A stretch of 64,000 nucleotides of DNA from an uncultured Actinomycetota bacterium (lineage in GTDB: Bacteria; Actinomycetota; Actinomycetes; Actinomycetales; Dermatophilaceae), in assembly GCA_963769085.1 (NCBI GenBank), contig CAVYKM010000036.1:1780-65779 (forward strand), read 5' to 3'. The position numbers and the translations under genes were made by a program. Of the stretch, positions 39,402 through 50,638 are shown in pieces; the stretch's first letter is position 1, and every line of letters starts with the position of its first letter. Below the pieces are notes generated by a model that had not been told where the DNA came from, made no database searches, and was given only the letters and a program-made list of their open reading frames with translations.

Positions 39402-40511
39402 TCAGGCGTCGCGCTCGGCGCTGCGCTTCCAGCGGATGCCGGCCTCGATGAAGCCGTCGATGTCCCCGTCGAACACGGCGGACGGGTTGCCGACCTCGTA
39501 CTCGGTGCGCAGGTCCTTGACCATCTGGTAGGGCTGCAGGACGTAGGAGCGCATCTGCTCGCCCCAGCTGGCCTTGATGTCGCCAGCCATCTCTTTCTTC
39601 GTGGCGGCCTCCTCCTGCTTCTTCAGCAGCAGCAGCCGCGACTGCAGCACGCGCAGCGCCGCCGCCCGGTTCTGGATCTGCGACTTCTCGTTCTGCATCG
39701 ACACGACGATCCCCGTCGGCAGGTGCGTCATCCGAACCGCCGAGTCCGTCGTGTTGACGCTCTGCCCGCCCGGCCCGGACGAGCGGAAGACGTCGACCTT
39801 GAGCTCGCTCTCCGGGATGTCGATGTGGTCGGTCTGCTCGATCAGCGGCACCACCTCGACCGCCGCGAAGGACGTCTGCCGCCGGCCCTGGTTGTCGAAC
39901 GGGCTGATCCGCACCAACCGATGGGTGCCCGCCTCGACCGAGAGGTTGCCGAACGCGTAGGGCACCTTGACCTCGAAGGTCGCCGACTTCAGGCCGGCCT
40001 CCTCGGCGTAGGAGGTGTCCAGCACCTCGGTCGGGTACCCGTGCCGCTCGGCCCAGCGCAGGTACATCCGCAGCAGCATCTCGGCGAAGTCGGCGGCATC
40101 GACCCCACCCGCCCCGGACCGGATGGTCACGACGGCCTCGCGCGCGTCCCACTCCCCGTTGAGCAGGGTGCGGACCTCCAGCTCGCGAACCTCCTTGGTC
40201 AGCGCCTCCAGCTCGCGCTCGGCCTCCTCGCGCGTGCCGGCGTCGTCCTCTTCCTGGCCCAGCTGCATCAGGACCTCGAGGTCGGCGATCCGGCTGTCCA
40301 TCCCGACGACCCGGTCGCGCTCGGCGTTCGCCCGGGAAAGGGCTGAGGTCACCTGCTGGGCCTTCTCCTGGTCGTCCCAGAGGTCAGGGGCACTGGCCTG
40401 CTTCTCCAGGTCGGCAATGCGGCTGCCCAGCACGTCCAGATCGGTGACCTCTCGCACGGAGTCCATGGTCGCGCGCAGCTGCTTGAGCTGCTCGGCGAAG
40501 TCGACGGCCAC
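39402..40511 (-). CDS. prfB: peptide chain release factor 2
   Basis: SPF tripeptide region (RISPFDN) and GGQ motif ([12 protein letters not shown]). Contiguous frame, no programmed frameshift. GTG start at 40511. Confidence 0.9.
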   Translation of the reverse strand: MAVDFAEQLKQLRATMDSVREVTDLDVLGSRIADLEKQASAPDLWDDQEKAQQVTSALSRANAERDRVVGMDSRIADLEVLMQLGQEEDDAGTREEAERELEALTKEVRELEVRTLLNGEWDAREAVVTIRSGAGGVDAADFAEMLLRMYLRWAERHGYPTEVLDTSYAEEAGLKSATFEVKVPYAFGNLSVEAGTHRLVRISPFDNQGRRQTSFAAVEVVPLIEQTDHIDIPESELKVDVFRSSGPGGQSVNTTDSAVRMTHLPTGIVVSMQNEKSQIQNRAAALRVLQSRLLLLKKQEEAATKKEMAGDIKASWGEQMRSYVLQPYQMVKDLRTEYEVGNPSAVFDGDIDGFIEAGIRWKRSAERDA

Positions 40512-40522
40512 GAACGCCCAGC

Positions 40523-42697
40523 CTACGGGAAGGGACTCTTGGCGAGCTGCCGCCACTTCGTCAGCGCCCGCTCTGTGTAGCCGTTCGGCTCGGCCCGCCC
40601 CGAGAGGACGAGATCCAGCGCCGCCCGGAACGACGGGCTGGCGTCCAGGTCTTTGCTCATCGGCTGGTAGCCCGGTTCGGTGCTGTTCTGCTCGTCGACG
40701 AGCGCGGCCATCCGGGCGAACGTCTCGCGCACCTGAGCCTCGTTGACCAGCCCGTGGTGCAACCAGTTCGCGATCTGCTGGCTGGAGATGCGCAAGGTCG
40801 CGCGGTCCTCCATGAGACCCACGCCCTCGAGGTTCGGCACGGTCGAGCAGCCGATGCCGAGGCCGACCCAGCGCACGACATACCCGAGAATCGACTGGGC
40901 GTTGGTCTCCAGCTCGTGCTGCTTGTCCCGCTCAGACAGCGACGCCCCGCTGTCCGGCAGCACCGGCGCCACCAGCAGCGCGCGTCGGTCGGCCAGTGGC
41001 CGCTTCGCCAGCTCCTGCTGCACGGCGAGCACGTCGGTCTGCAGGTAGTGCAACGCGTGCAGGGTTGCGGCAGTGGGGCTGGGAACCCACGCGGTGCTGG
41101 CCCCGGCGCGCGGGTGTGCCCCCTTGGTGTCGAGCATCTCGCGCATGGCGGCGGGCTTGGCCCACATGCCCTTACCGATCTGGGCCCGCCCAGCGAACCC
41201 GGCTCGCAGCGCCACGTCGACGTTGCGGTCCTCGTATGCCGTGAACCAGGTCTGGTTCTTCTCCTCGTCCTTGCAGACCATCGGGCCGGCTTCGAAGTCG
41301 GTGTGGATCTCGTCGCCAGTGCGATCCAAGAACCCGGTGTTGACGAAGATGACCCGGTCGCTCGCCCGGGCGATGCACGCCTCCAGGTTGGTCGAAGTGC
41401 GTTTCTCCTCGTCCATGATGCCGATCTTGATGGTGGCCGGCGCTAACCCGAGCGCCTCCTCCACCGCGGCGAACAGGTCCACCGAGAGCGATACCTCCTC
41501 GGGGCCGTGCATCTTCGGCTTGACGATGTAGATGCTGCCCGTGCGGGTGTTGCGGTACCGACCGAGGCCGCGCAGCTCGTGCATCGAGGCGACCGCGGAC
41601 ACCACTGCGTCGAGGACCTCCTCGAGGATGGGTTCGCCCGATGTGGTCCGGACGGCGTCCAGGCGCATGTGGTGGCCGACGTTGCGAACCAGCAGCAGCG
41701 AGCGCCCCGGCAGGGTCAGGGGCCCACCGTCGGTGCCGACGTAGGTGCGGTCGCCGTTGAGACGGCGTGTCACCTCGCGCCCGTCCTTGCCGAACGTGGC
41801 GGTCAGCCGGCCCGTTCGAAGCCCGAGCCAGGTGCGGTAGGCGCCGACCTTGTCCGGCCCGTCGACCGTGGCAACCGAGTCCTCCAGGTCCACGATCGTC
41901 GTGACCGCCGACTCCACCATGACGTCGGACACCCCCGCGTGGTGCTGCCGTCCCACCTGCGTCGACCTGTCGATTGCCAGCTCCACGTGCAGCCCGTGCC
42001 GGCGCAGGAGCACCGCGCCGAGCGCGTCGCCGTCGGGGACGCGACGGTGCGCCACGAACTGTTCCGGATCGACCAGCCTGGTCACGCCCTGGGCGGTTTG
42101 GAACGTGAGCCGGCCAGGCGAATCGACCTGGTAGGCAGTCACATCGGCGTGGCCGGCATCGACCAGCGGGAAGTACAGATCCAGCAGCCGGTCCGCCTCG
42201 GTGATGACCTGGGCACCCCGGCGCACGTCGTAGCCGGGCGCCAGCTCGTGGTCCAGGGGCAGCGCGTCGGTGCCGTAGAGCGCGTCGTACAACGACCCCC
42301 ACCGGGCGTTCGCCGCATTCAACGCGTAACGGGGCACGGCCGCTGGCACCACCAGCTGCGGGCCGGCCACCGTCGAGATCTCCGGATCCACCCCGGTGAC
42401 CCTCACCACCGGCTGCTCCAGCGGCAGCAGGTAGCCGATCTCGGTCAGGAACGTCTCCAGCGCCCGCAGGTCGCCCGGCCCGTGCTCGCGGTGCCAGCCG
42501 TCGATCCGCTCCTGAAGCTCATCCCGGCGACGCAGCAGCTCCTCGACCCGTCCGGCGAACCGCTCGTGCAGCCGGCCAACCGTCGACCAGAAGCTCGTCG
42601 GCTCGAGATCGAGCCCGGCGAGCAGCTCGCCGTCGACGAAGCCGCGCAGCTGGGGGTCGACCTGCAGCAGCGCGCCCGTGCTGCTCGTCTCGGTCAC
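40523..42697 (-). CDS. glcB: malate synthase G
   Basis: 724 aa, full length. [13 protein letters not shown]...[11 protein letters not shown]...[21 protein letters not shown]. Confidence 0.95.
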   Translation of the reverse strand: MTETSSTGALLQVDPQLRGFVDGELLAGLDLEPTSFWSTVGRLHERFAGRVEELLRRRDELQERIDGWHREHGPGDLRALETFLTEIGYLLPLEQPVVRVTGVDPEISTVAGPQLVVPAAVPRYALNAANARWGSLYDALYGTDALPLDHELAPGYDVRRGAQVITEADRLLDLYFPLVDAGHADVTAYQVDSPGRLTFQTAQGVTRLVDPEQFVAHRRVPDGDALGAVLLRRHGLHVELAIDRSTQVGRQHHAGVSDVMVESAVTTIVDLEDSVATVDGPDKVGAYRTWLGLRTGRLTATFGKDGREVTRRLNGDRTYVGTDGGPLTLPGRSLLLVRNVGHHMRLDAVRTTSGEPILEEVLDAVVSAVASMHELRGLGRYRNTRTGSIYIVKPKMHGPEEVSLSVDLFAAVEEALGLAPATIKIGIMDEEKRTSTNLEACIARASDRVIFVNTGFLDRTGDEIHTDFEAGPMVCKDEEKNQTWFTAYEDRNVDVALRAGFAGRAQIGKGMWAKPAAMREMLDTKGAHPRAGASTAWVPSPTAATLHALHYLQTDVLAVQQELAKRPLADRRALLVAPVLPDSGASLSERDKQHELETNAQSILGYVVRWVGLGIGCSTVPNLEGVGLMEDRATLRISSQQIANWLHHGLVNEAQVRETFARMAALVDEQNSTEPGYQPMSKDLDASPSFRAALDLVLSGRAEPNGYTERALTKWRQLAKSPFP

Positions 42698-43151
42698 TTA
42701 CCTCTCCTCACCACAGCCGCCACCGCATCGCGACGCCGGCAACCGACGGTACGCCCACCCGGCCGGCACTCGCACTCAGCTGCCCCGCGTTCGCTGATTC
42801 GTCCGTGCCCTCTGGCCGTGCCGGCATCGGATGTGATCGCGGCCTACTCGCCTGTGTGGGGACGTGGCGACCCGGAGCAGGTGCCGTGACGTCCCCCGGT
42901 CGGGCTCTCGAACAACTCCTGGACCGGCCTGTGCCGCCGCGGGCGTGGCCCCGATCCGCCTGGCCGCGGATACCGGTTCATGCACTCGCGAGGCTCCGGA
43001 ACCGGTTGGGATGCGTGCATTCCACCATGCCTGCCATCGGCGATGGCTATTGGGCCCAGCGTTGGGCGCCGGCATACATTCGCCGACGTGAAGACCTTCG
43101 CGCCCAGCCAGTGATGAGCGGGCGCCGGGCACACCGGCGGAAAGGATCGCA

Positions 43152-44027
43152 ATGAACACCGACTTCGTCAAATGGCCGACCTTCGAGCAGATCAAGGAGA
43201 TGTTCGCCGAGCTGTTCATCATGGAGCGCCGTGACGACGGTGTCGTGACGGTCACGATGCACTGCAACGGCGGGCCGCTGATCTGGTCGATGGAGCTGCA
43301 CGACGCGATCGGCAAGATGTGGCGGATGCTCGGCACCGACCGTGACACCGAGATGATCATCTTCACCGCCACCGACGACGTCTGGGTCACCGACTTCGAG
43401 GCCGAGAGCTGGTTGCCCGAGAAGTCCGACCCGGCGAACACCCGCTACGACCACATGTTCGTCGACGGGCGGCGGATGCTCATCGCCCAGATCCAGGACG
43501 TCGAGGTGCCCACCCTGGGGGTGCTCAGCGGCTCGGGCGGCCACACCGAGCTGGCCCTGTGCTGCGACTTCGCGATCATGGCCGACGACATCACGATCCT
43601 CGACCCGCACACGCTGGTCGGCAATGTGCCCGGCGACGGCATCCACAGCTGCTTCTTCCAGCTCATGCCGTACCGCCAGGCGGTGTGGTACCTCATGACC
43701 GGCGACACGATGACCCCCCAGCAGGCCGTGCAGTTCGGCCTGGTGACCGAGGCGGTCCCCCGCGAGCGGCTCATGACTCGCGCCTACGAGATCGCCGACC
43801 TGCTCATGAGGCAGAACCGCATCGTCCGTCGCCTGTCCACGCAGGTTATGCGGCGGGGATGGAAGCAGCGCATCGTCGACGACCTGGACATGACGTTCGG
43901 CACCGAGATGTTCGGCTGCTTCTGCGACAGCCACCAGCACTCGGAGATGATGTCGATCAACAAGCTGCTCGGCCTCAACCCCAAGTACCGCGGCAACCTC
44001 GCCCTGCCCGAGAGCGCCAAGGGCTGA
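43152..44027 (+). CDS. enoyl-CoA hydratase/isomerase (crotonase) superfamily protein
   Basis: VTVTMHCNGGPLIW...GHTELALCCDFAIMADD...GDTMTPQQAVQFGLVTEAVP. Confidence 0.75.
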   Translation: MNTDFVKWPTFEQIKEMFAELFIMERRDDGVVTVTMHCNGGPLIWSMELHDAIGKMWRMLGTDRDTEMIIFTATDDVWVTDFEAESWLPEKSDPANTRYDHMFVDGRRMLIAQIQDVEVPTLGVLSGSGGHTELALCCDFAIMADDITILDPHTLVGNVPGDGIHSCFFQLMPYRQAVWYLMTGDTMTPQQAVQFGLVTEAVPRERLMTRAYEIADLLMRQNRIVRRLSTQVMRRGWKQRIVDDLDMTFGTEMFGCFCDSHQHSEMMSINKLLGLNPKYRGNLALPESAKG

Positions 44028-44139
44028 CAGCGGGCCTTAGCCAAGATTGCGGAAGTCCGCCTACCTCCTGCGGGCTGTTGCGAAATGGGGTACCGGCGTG
44101 TCGTAAATGATGGTTTGATGTTGTTTGAGATGATTAGGT

Positions 44140-44471
44140 GTGGCGAAGGGGTATCGGCCGGTGCAGCGGGATCAGGGGTTCCTGCTGCCGCTGGACATGC
44201 GGGATTGGCTGCCTGCGGATCATCAGGTGTGGCTGGTGATCGAGGTGGTGTCCGAGCATCTGGACACCAGCGCGTTCCATGCCAGGCGGCGGCTGGGTGG
44301 GGTGGGCCGGGGCCGGGTATGACCCGGACATGATGCTGACGTTGTTGATCTGGTCGTATGCGCAGGGCGTGCGTAGCTCACGGCGGATCGAGCGGTTGTG
44401 TCATCAGGACATCGCGTTGCGGATCATCTGTGGCGGGAACCTGCCCGATCACGTCGCGGTCGCCCGGTTCC
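44140..44471 (+). pseudogene. duplicated 5' fragment of the IS1182 transposase gene (copy 1)
   Basis: GTG start. MAKGYRPVQRDQGFLLPLDMRDWLPADHQVWLVIEVV... Near-identical to 44472-44800 apart from a few substitutions and one extra G. Confidence 0.75.
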
Positions 44472-46329
44472 GGCGAAGGGGTATCGGCCGGTGCAGCGGG
44501 ATCAGGGGTTCCTGCTGCCGCTGGACATGCGCGATTGGCTGCCTGCGGATCATCAGGTGTGGCTGGTGATCGAGGTGGTGTCCGAGCATCTGGACACCAG
44601 CGCGTTCCATGCCAAGCGGCGGCTGGGTGGGGTGGGCCGGGCCGGGTATGACCCGGACATGATGCTGACGTTGTTGATCTGGTCGTATGCGCAGGGCGTG
44701 CGTAGCTCACGGCGGATCGAGCGGTTGTGTCATCAGGACATCGCGTTCCGGATCATCTGTGGCGGGAACCTGCCCGATCACGTCGCGGTCGCCCGGTTCC
44801 GGGCCGAGTTCGGCGAGGCGGTCAAGGACCTGTTCACCGAGGTGTTGGTGCTGTGCGCCCGGCTCGGGATGGGCTCACTGGCCACGATCACGCTGGATGG
44901 GACCAAGGTGGCGGCCAATGCGTCCCGGTCGGCCAACCGCTCGCGGGAGTGGCTGGCCGAGCAGGCTGCCCGCGCGGTGGACGAGCACGCGGCCACCGAC
45001 GCCGAGCAGGACGTGCTGTGGGGCCAGGGCAGCTGCCCGGACCGGGTGCCGGCCGATCTGCTCACCGATGACGAGCAGGACGAGCACCCCGGCGGGCATC
45101 CCGCAAGTGCTGGTGGGGATGCCGGCAAGGGCGGTGCCGACGACAGCCCGGCGCGGCGGCGGGGGCGTGCCGGGCGGGCTGCTCGGATCGCGGCGGCGTT
45201 GGCGCAGACCCAGGCCGAGGACGCCGAGCGGGCCCAGCGCCAGCACGCCGCGGATGCTGAGCGGGCCGCGGCCGCCCAGGAGTATCTGAAGGCCCAGGCC
45301 GGCGGCGCGCAGGGCACGGGTCGTCCGCCGCAGCGGGCCCGGTTGCAGGCAGCACGCGCCCGGCTGGCCCGGTTGCAGGCCAAACAGCTGGAGAAGATCG
45401 AGTCGTGGAACCATCGGGTGGCCCAGGCCCGCGCCGCCGGGCGGCGTGGGCTGACTGGCCCTGGCCCGACCTCGCTGCAGGACAACGTGCACGTGCGCCG
45501 GGCGCGTACCGCGCTGGAGCGCGCCGAACAGGCCGAACGCGAACGCCAGGACAAGCAGCAGGGCCAGTCCGGCGACCAGGGTGATCTCACGCCGGCCGGG
45601 CGCAACATCACCGACCTGGACTCGCGGGTGATGCCCACCCGCAACGGATGGACCCAGGGCTACAACGCTCAGAACGTGCTCAGCGAGGACGGCCTGATCC
45701 TCGCCGAGAAAGTGACCCAAACCCCTGGCGACGTGCAGTGGTTCCAGCCGATGACCCAAGCCGGCGAGCAGTCCGCGGACCTGATCAACAGCACCCACAT
45801 CGAAACCGCCGTCGAGCAGGCGCTGCCGTGCACCTGCCCAGACCCCGCCACCCAGACCCCTGACACCCCTGCGCCGGCCGCGTCCGGCCCCGGGCCGCAC
45901 TGCCGTCACCATCCCGACCCGATCGGCGTCATGCTCACCGATGCCGGCTACCTGTCCCAGGACAACCTCACCGCCCCCGGGCCCGACCGCCTGATCGCCG
46001 TCGGCAAGCACCGCGATCTCCTCAAAGCCGCCCGAACGGCCAGTCAGGCCGCCGACCCCTCACCCCCGGACCATCCCAGCGGGAACGACCCAGCCGACCA
46101 GGACCCCATCACGCAGATGGCCCGCCGACTAGCCACCCCCGAAGGCATCGCCACCTACAACCGACGCGGCCACATCGCCGAGACTCCGCACGGGCACATC
46201 AAGCACAATCTCGGCCTCCGCCAATTCAGCCTGCGCGGCCTGACCAAGGTCCAGGCCGAGTGGACCTTCGCCTGCAGCCTCGCCAACCTCTTCAAGGCCC
46301 TCCCACTGCTACCCCGGCCCACCAGCTAG
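44398..46329 (+). CDS. IS1182-family DDE transposase
   Basis: KGYRPVQRDQGFLLP...SSRRIERLCHQDIAFRIICG...TLDGTKVAANAS...NGWTQGYNAQNV...LTDAGYLSQDN...KHNLGLRQFSLRGLTKVQAEW. The native GTG is lost in copy 2, so the ORF starts inside copy 1. Confidence 0.8.
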   Translation: MSSGHRVADHLWREPARSRRGRPVPAKGYRPVQRDQGFLLPLDMRDWLPADHQVWLVIEVVSEHLDTSAFHAKRRLGGVGRAGYDPDMMLTLLIWSYAQGVRSSRRIERLCHQDIAFRIICGGNLPDHVAVARFRAEFGEAVKDLFTEVLVLCARLGMGSLATITLDGTKVAANASRSANRSREWLAEQAARAVDEHAATDAEQDVLWGQGSCPDRVPADLLTDDEQDEHPGGHPASAGGDAGKGGADDSPARRRGRAGRAARIAAALAQTQAEDAERAQRQHAADAERAAAAQEYLKAQAGGAQGTGRPPQRARLQAARARLARLQAKQLEKIESWNHRVAQARAAGRRGLTGPGPTSLQDNVHVRRARTALERAEQAERERQDKQQGQSGDQGDLTPAGRNITDLDSRVMPTRNGWTQGYNAQNVLSEDGLILAEKVTQTPGDVQWFQPMTQAGEQSADLINSTHIETAVEQALPCTCPDPATQTPDTPAPAASGPGPHCRHHPDPIGVMLTDAGYLSQDNLTAPGPDRLIAVGKHRDLLKAARTASQAADPSPPDHPSGNDPADQDPITQMARRLATPEGIATYNRRGHIAETPHGHIKHNLGLRQFSLRGLTKVQAEWTFACSLANLFKALPLLPRPTS

Positions 46330-46685
46330 CCCCTCAGAGCCGGGGCCCCCAGGCCCCCGGCAGCACAGCGTGGCCCGCCAAACAAGACCACAAACCCCAG
46401 CGCCTCACCCGGCCAGGGCCTGACCGCGCCGCGCCGGCCGGCTACCCATTTCGCAACAGCCCCCGACACGGGGCAGGATGCCGGGCAAGCCCGCACCGTG
46501 GCGGCATCATTTCGGCATGTCCGCGATCAGTTATGGCGGCTCCGGCGTGTGTTGACCGACCGCCACCAGCGATCGGCGTCTAGCGCCCGCGCATCGACCC
46601 GCGTCATGCCGATGAGCAGGGGTCGGCGTCTCGAAACGCCCCCGGCGCGTTCTACCTCTAAGCAATCACGACGAGAAGGGCCATC

Positions 46686-47397
46686 ATGCGGTTGATCGGA
46701 GCCGGACTCCCTCGCACGGGCACGCTGACGCAGAAGATCGCGCTGGAAATGCTTGGCCTGGCTCCTTGTCATCACATGGTCAATGTCTTGGCAGATCTCT
46801 CCGAGGTCGAGCGCTGGCGCCAGGCCCTCGATGGTCAGATCCGCGCCGCACAGAATCCTTGAAGGCTTCCCGGCGGTGGTCGATTGGCCCGGCTCGTACT
46901 ACTACCAGCAGCTGATGGATGACTTTCCCGACGCAAGAGTGCTGCTGAGCGTTCGTGACGGCGACGCTTGGGCCAAGAGCATGCGCCAGACGATCTGGGG
47001 CGCCCTGTACGGCGATGATTTGATCCACCACATGTCCTGGGCCCGGCGGCGCATCGACCCACTCTGGGACCGCTACTCGGGGCTGATGCAGGAGATGTTG
47101 ACGAATAGCGGGCTGCTCAACGGCGAGGACACCACCGACGAATGGATGCGCGACGCGTTTCACCGGTACAACTACGAGGTCCAGGCGGTGGTCCCCGCCG
47201 AGCGGCTGCTCGTGTGGACGCCGGCCGACGGCTGGGAGCCGTTGTGCGAGTTCCTTGAGTTGCCCATGCCGGACGCCCCGTTCCCGCACGTCAACGACAG
47301 CAAGGAGTTCGGCGAGCGCGTCATCGATGGCAGCTTGGCCGCCGTCGAGGCGTACCGCGCCGCCGACGAGGTGCTCGTCAGCAAGAGGACCTCCTGA
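46686..47397 (+). pseudogene. sulfotransferase-family protein (Sulfotransfer_4-like); frame break near ~46845
   Basis: MRLIGAGLPRTGTLTQKIALEMLG (PAPS-binding loop), then in another frame FPAVVDWPGSYYYQQL...VLLSVRDGDAWAKSM...PFPHVNDSKEF. Confidence 0.7.
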
Positions 47398-47525
47398 CCG
47401 AGCTTGAACAGGCCGACGTCTTCGTGTTTCCCTACAGCAGGTGAGAACTTTGGCCATGTGATTGCTGCAGCCTTGTCGGTTGCTTGCCCGGTGATTGCGA
47501 GCCGCCACACGGTCGCGTCCAGCGG
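47398..47525 (+). pseudogene. C-terminal stub of a GT1/GT4-type glycosyltransferase, cut by the IS256-family element
   Basis: ADVFVFP..GENFGHVIAAALSVACPVIAS-like translation with an internal stop or frameshift. Ends at the IS inverted repeat. Confidence 0.35.
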
Positions 47526-48985
47526 CCGGTGTAAATGAGACGGGCGTAGGTTCGGTTTCGAGACCGCTCAAAGTCATCGAAGAAGGGACCTACGCCCGTG
47601 TCTGCACGAGTATCACCCACCGACCGGATCCACGCCAGGATCGATGCCCTGTTCGCCGGGGACCGTCCGCTGCCGGAGGTCTTGGAGGAGGTGGCCCGGC
47701 TCGGCGCGCAGCTGTTGATGCAGGCCGCCTTGGAGGCCGAGGTGAGCGAGTTCCTGGGCCGGGACCGCTACCAGCGGTCGGCCTCGACACCCGGATGCCC
47801 GGCCGGGGTCGCGCAACGGGTTCCGGCCGGTGACGGTGAAGACCACCGCCGGGCCGGTGACGCTGGAGCGGCCGAAGCTGCGCGGCACGACGGCGGCGTT
47901 CGCGTCCCGGCTGTTCGGCAAGCACGTGACGAAGACCAACGCCTTGGAGTCGTTGGTGATCGCCTCGTTCGTGCGGGGCCTGTCGGTGCGCGACGTCGAG
48001 GCCACCCTGGCCGAGGCGCTCGGGGACCAGGCGGCGATCTCCAAGTCCACGGTCAGCACGGTGTGCCAGGCGATCAAGGCCGAGTACGACGCGTGGAGTG
48101 GCCGCCGCCTGGACGCAGGTCAGCCTGGACTACCTGTTCCTGGACGCCTCGTTCTTCCGGATGCACCCCGGCTCCCCGGCTGAGCCGGTGCTGGCCGCCT
48201 GGGGGATCAGCACCGACGGCAAACCGGTCTTCGTCGGGCTCGCGTCCGGATCGGGTGAGTCCACCGACGCCTGGACCGACTTCCTGACCGATCTGCGCGA
48301 CCGGGGGCTGCCCAGCCCGCTGCTGGTCATCTCCGACGGCGCCCAGGGCCTGATCGCCGCGATCGAGCGGACCTTCCCGAAAGCGTTGCGGCAGAGGTGT
48401 CTTGTCCACCGAGCCAGGAACATCCTGGCGAAGATCCCGACCGGGATGCAGGACGAGATCCGCGACGGCTACTGGGCCCTCTTCGACACCGACGGTCTGG
48501 ACTGCGAGCCCGGACCCAAGCTGGTCGAGCTGCATCGACGCCCGCATCGGCGCGTTCGCCGACAAGTACGCCGCGACCTACCCGGCGGCGATGAAGATCC
48601 TGCTCACCGACGCCGCCGGTCTGACCGCCTACCTGCGCTTCCCGACCGAGCACCACCGCGGATCCGGCACTCCAACTTCATCGAACGCACCTTCGGCGAG
48701 ACCCGCCGCCGGGCCAAGGTCATCGGCCGCTTCCCCGGCGAAACCTCCTGCATCAGCCTGGTCTGGGCCGTCCTGGACCGTGCCTCGGCCGGCTGGCGCG
48801 GCCTGACCATGACCCCCACCGGCCTGCGCCACCTGCAGGACCTACGCCGATCCCTGCTCGACCCACCCCGCCAGCTCCAACCCCGACACGCCACAACACC
48901 CGAACCCGCCGACCAACCCGACGCTGTCAGCGCCACCGCGTAACCTGACCCACGAAGCCGAACCGGGCCCGCTCGTTTACACCGG
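47526..48985 (+). mobile_element. IS256-family insertion sequence (transposase inactivated)
   Basis: Imperfect terminal inverted repeats CCGGTGTAAATGAGACGGGC... and ...GCCCGCTCGTTTACACCGG. Confidence 0.7.
47598..48943 (+). pseudogene. IS256-family transposase, at least 4 frameshifts
   Basis: Blocks in different frames: LLMQAALEAEVSEFLGRDRYQR; VTVKTTAGPVTLERPKLRG; LDYLFLDASFFRMHPG...LLVISDGAQGLIAAIERTFP...QRCLVHRARN; RIRHSNFIERTFGETRRRAKVIGRFPGE. Confidence 0.8.
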
Positions 48986-49276
48986 AATCCGGACGCCACC
49001 CATCGTGACGATGAGAGCGTCAGCGCGACCACGACTGAGGCATGGCACGTCGGCAGCCTGCAGTGACGCCGAGGCGTGCAGATTGCGTGTCCGTTAACAC
49101 CTGCGGGCGGGGCCCGACTGCAGCCCGGGCAGACCTTGACGGGCGGCACGGGCGATGTCTTCGAGGCGTGCTTCTCGGCGTACGGCCCGGTCCTGCGGCT
49201 CCGCGTCATCATGGGAGAAGTGGGGCCGCGCGTCGAGGGCACGCGGCTACGTGGGCGGGGCGGGCAGTCGGTGGTC

Positions 49277-49756
49277 TCAAAGGGTCTCTGTCGTCGTTAC
49301 GAAGGGCCCGAGCAACTGAGCCCGATGCTCTGCCGTCGTCGCGACCCGCAGGACGACACCGTCATCGGTGGTCAACGTGGCCACCGCGGACCCATCACCC
49401 AGGCCATTCAGGCGTTTCCGTTCTTGTGTGGTTGCATCTCGCAGGCTCGCGCCCAGGATGAGTTCCAGGTACTCGTTCCATGCCGCTGGACTTCCGCGCC
49501 AAGCGAAGACGTCCGAGACCCAAACGGCATGACCCCTGATCCACCGGGTCTTCCCCGGCCGGAGGACGCGGACTGGGATGTCACCGTGCCGGTTGCGCAG
49601 GGCCCGGTTCCGGTACACCAAGGCAAAGATGCCGAGTGCGCACAGCCACAACGGAACACCGACGAACGCCAACAGAGCCCAGATCACGAGGCCACCTCCA
49701 TGCACATATGTGTCCCCCCATGGTAATTCTTCATCAGTCCAGGCAGAGGCAGCCAC
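49277..49756 (-). CDS. hypothetical membrane protein (DUF2550-like: N-terminal TM plus PH-like domain)
   Basis: 159-aa ORF. One TM segment (LVIWALLAFVGVPLWLCALGIFALV) followed by WIRGHAVWVSDVFAWRGSPAAWNE. Confidence 0.45.
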   Translation of the reverse strand: MAASAWTDEELPWGDTYVHGGGLVIWALLAFVGVPLWLCALGIFALVYRNRALRNRHGDIPVRVLRPGKTRWIRGHAVWVSDVFAWRGSPAAWNEYLELILGASLRDATTQERKRLNGLGDGSAVATLTTDDGVVLRVATTAEHRAQLLGPFVTTTETL

Positions 49757-50218
49757 ACATCACCCTATCCGGCTGACACCCCTGGGGTGTCGCTGGAGGT
49801 TTGCGAGAACCCGATCGACGGGGTTGTCTATCCTGCTGCGGGCTTTGTGCCCAGCCCAGGTCGTGGAATAGGGTCTGCATCCCGAGGCGGACTCGTTCGT
49901 GCTCTCGGCCGAGCGTTTCCAGGTCGTGGTACATGCCGCCCGCGTCGAGGGGTGCTCCGGTCAGGACGGGGGCGATGACGTGGTCGCGCAGACACAGCAG
50001 CGCGGCGACGGTGCGGACGCGTCCGCGAGACGTGGTAGCGGTTGGTCCGGCTGGGTTTGACGGGAGCGGTCTGCCGCGCAGGTTGCGCCGGTCGCAGGAC
50101 GCCGCGAGCCCGACACCACCACGCGAGCAACGAACACAAACCTCCCGTGACCGTACCTGCTGGACGGCTGCAGATAACCATGTCCAGCAAGCACATTCAC
50201 GGATCGATCCACACCATC

Positions 50219-50637
50219 GGCTACGTCCGCGGCTACGGCGGTAAAAGAAGATCAACGGCCGAAAGCGGCACATCGCCGTGGACACCCTCGGGCTGCTGCT
50301 GGTGGTGGTGTTCGTCACCCCGGCCAGCGTCCAGGACCGCGACGGTGCCTACCCGCTGGTGGCCCTGCTGCGGCAGCAGTTCTCCACCATCACTCTGATC
50401 TGGGCCGACGGCGGCCACGCGGGCCGGCTGGTCATCTGGGCCAAGTCCGCGCTACGCCTGGCCGTGACCATCGTCAAACGCAGCGACGACACCACCGGGT
50501 TCGTGGCGCTGCCACGCCGCTGGGTAGTGGAATGCACCTTCGGCTGGCTGCTGAGACACCGCCGCCTCTCAACTGACGCTTCATACCAGTTCGGCGATCA
50601 GGTGTGCGGCACTGGGCGCGGGATGGCGAGGCTCTAG
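50219..50637 (+). pseudogene. IS5-family (DDE_Tnp_1) transposase C-terminal remnant
   Basis: KKINGRKRHIAVDTLGLLLVVVFVTPASVQDRDGA...LIWADGGHAGRLV...IVKRSDDTTGFVALPRRWVVECTFGWLLRHRRLS. Frameshift at the 5' side and divergent 3' end. Confidence 0.6.
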
Positions 50638-50638
50638 A

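Larger units (their letters stand above)
44072..46463 (+). mobile_element. IS1182-family insertion sequence with a tandem duplication of its 5' ~329 bp
   Basis: Terminal inverted repeats GGGCTGTTGCGAAATGGGG (44072-) and CCCATTTCGCAACAGCCC (-46463). The transposase lies between them. Confidence 0.75.

Noticed and set aside
39402-40556. Programmed +1 frameshift site in prfB.
   Set aside because: The RF2 reading frame is contiguous from the GTG at 40511, with no in-frame early TGA. This is the expected state in Actinobacteria.
42776-43441. 221-aa minus-strand ORF and other ORFs in the glcB-crotonase gap.
   Set aside because: It overlaps the crotonase gene antisense and has no recognisable family. 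The 42,700-43,150 gap looks non-coding. I could not recognise a riboswitch there.
49830-50110. Minus-strand fragment ...VRTVAALLCLRDHVIAPVLTGAPLDAGGMYHDLETLGREHERVRLGMQTLFHDLGW.
   Set aside because: It looks protein-like, but I could not assign a family or boundaries. It is probably another gene remnant beside the IS5 stub, so I did not call it as a feature.
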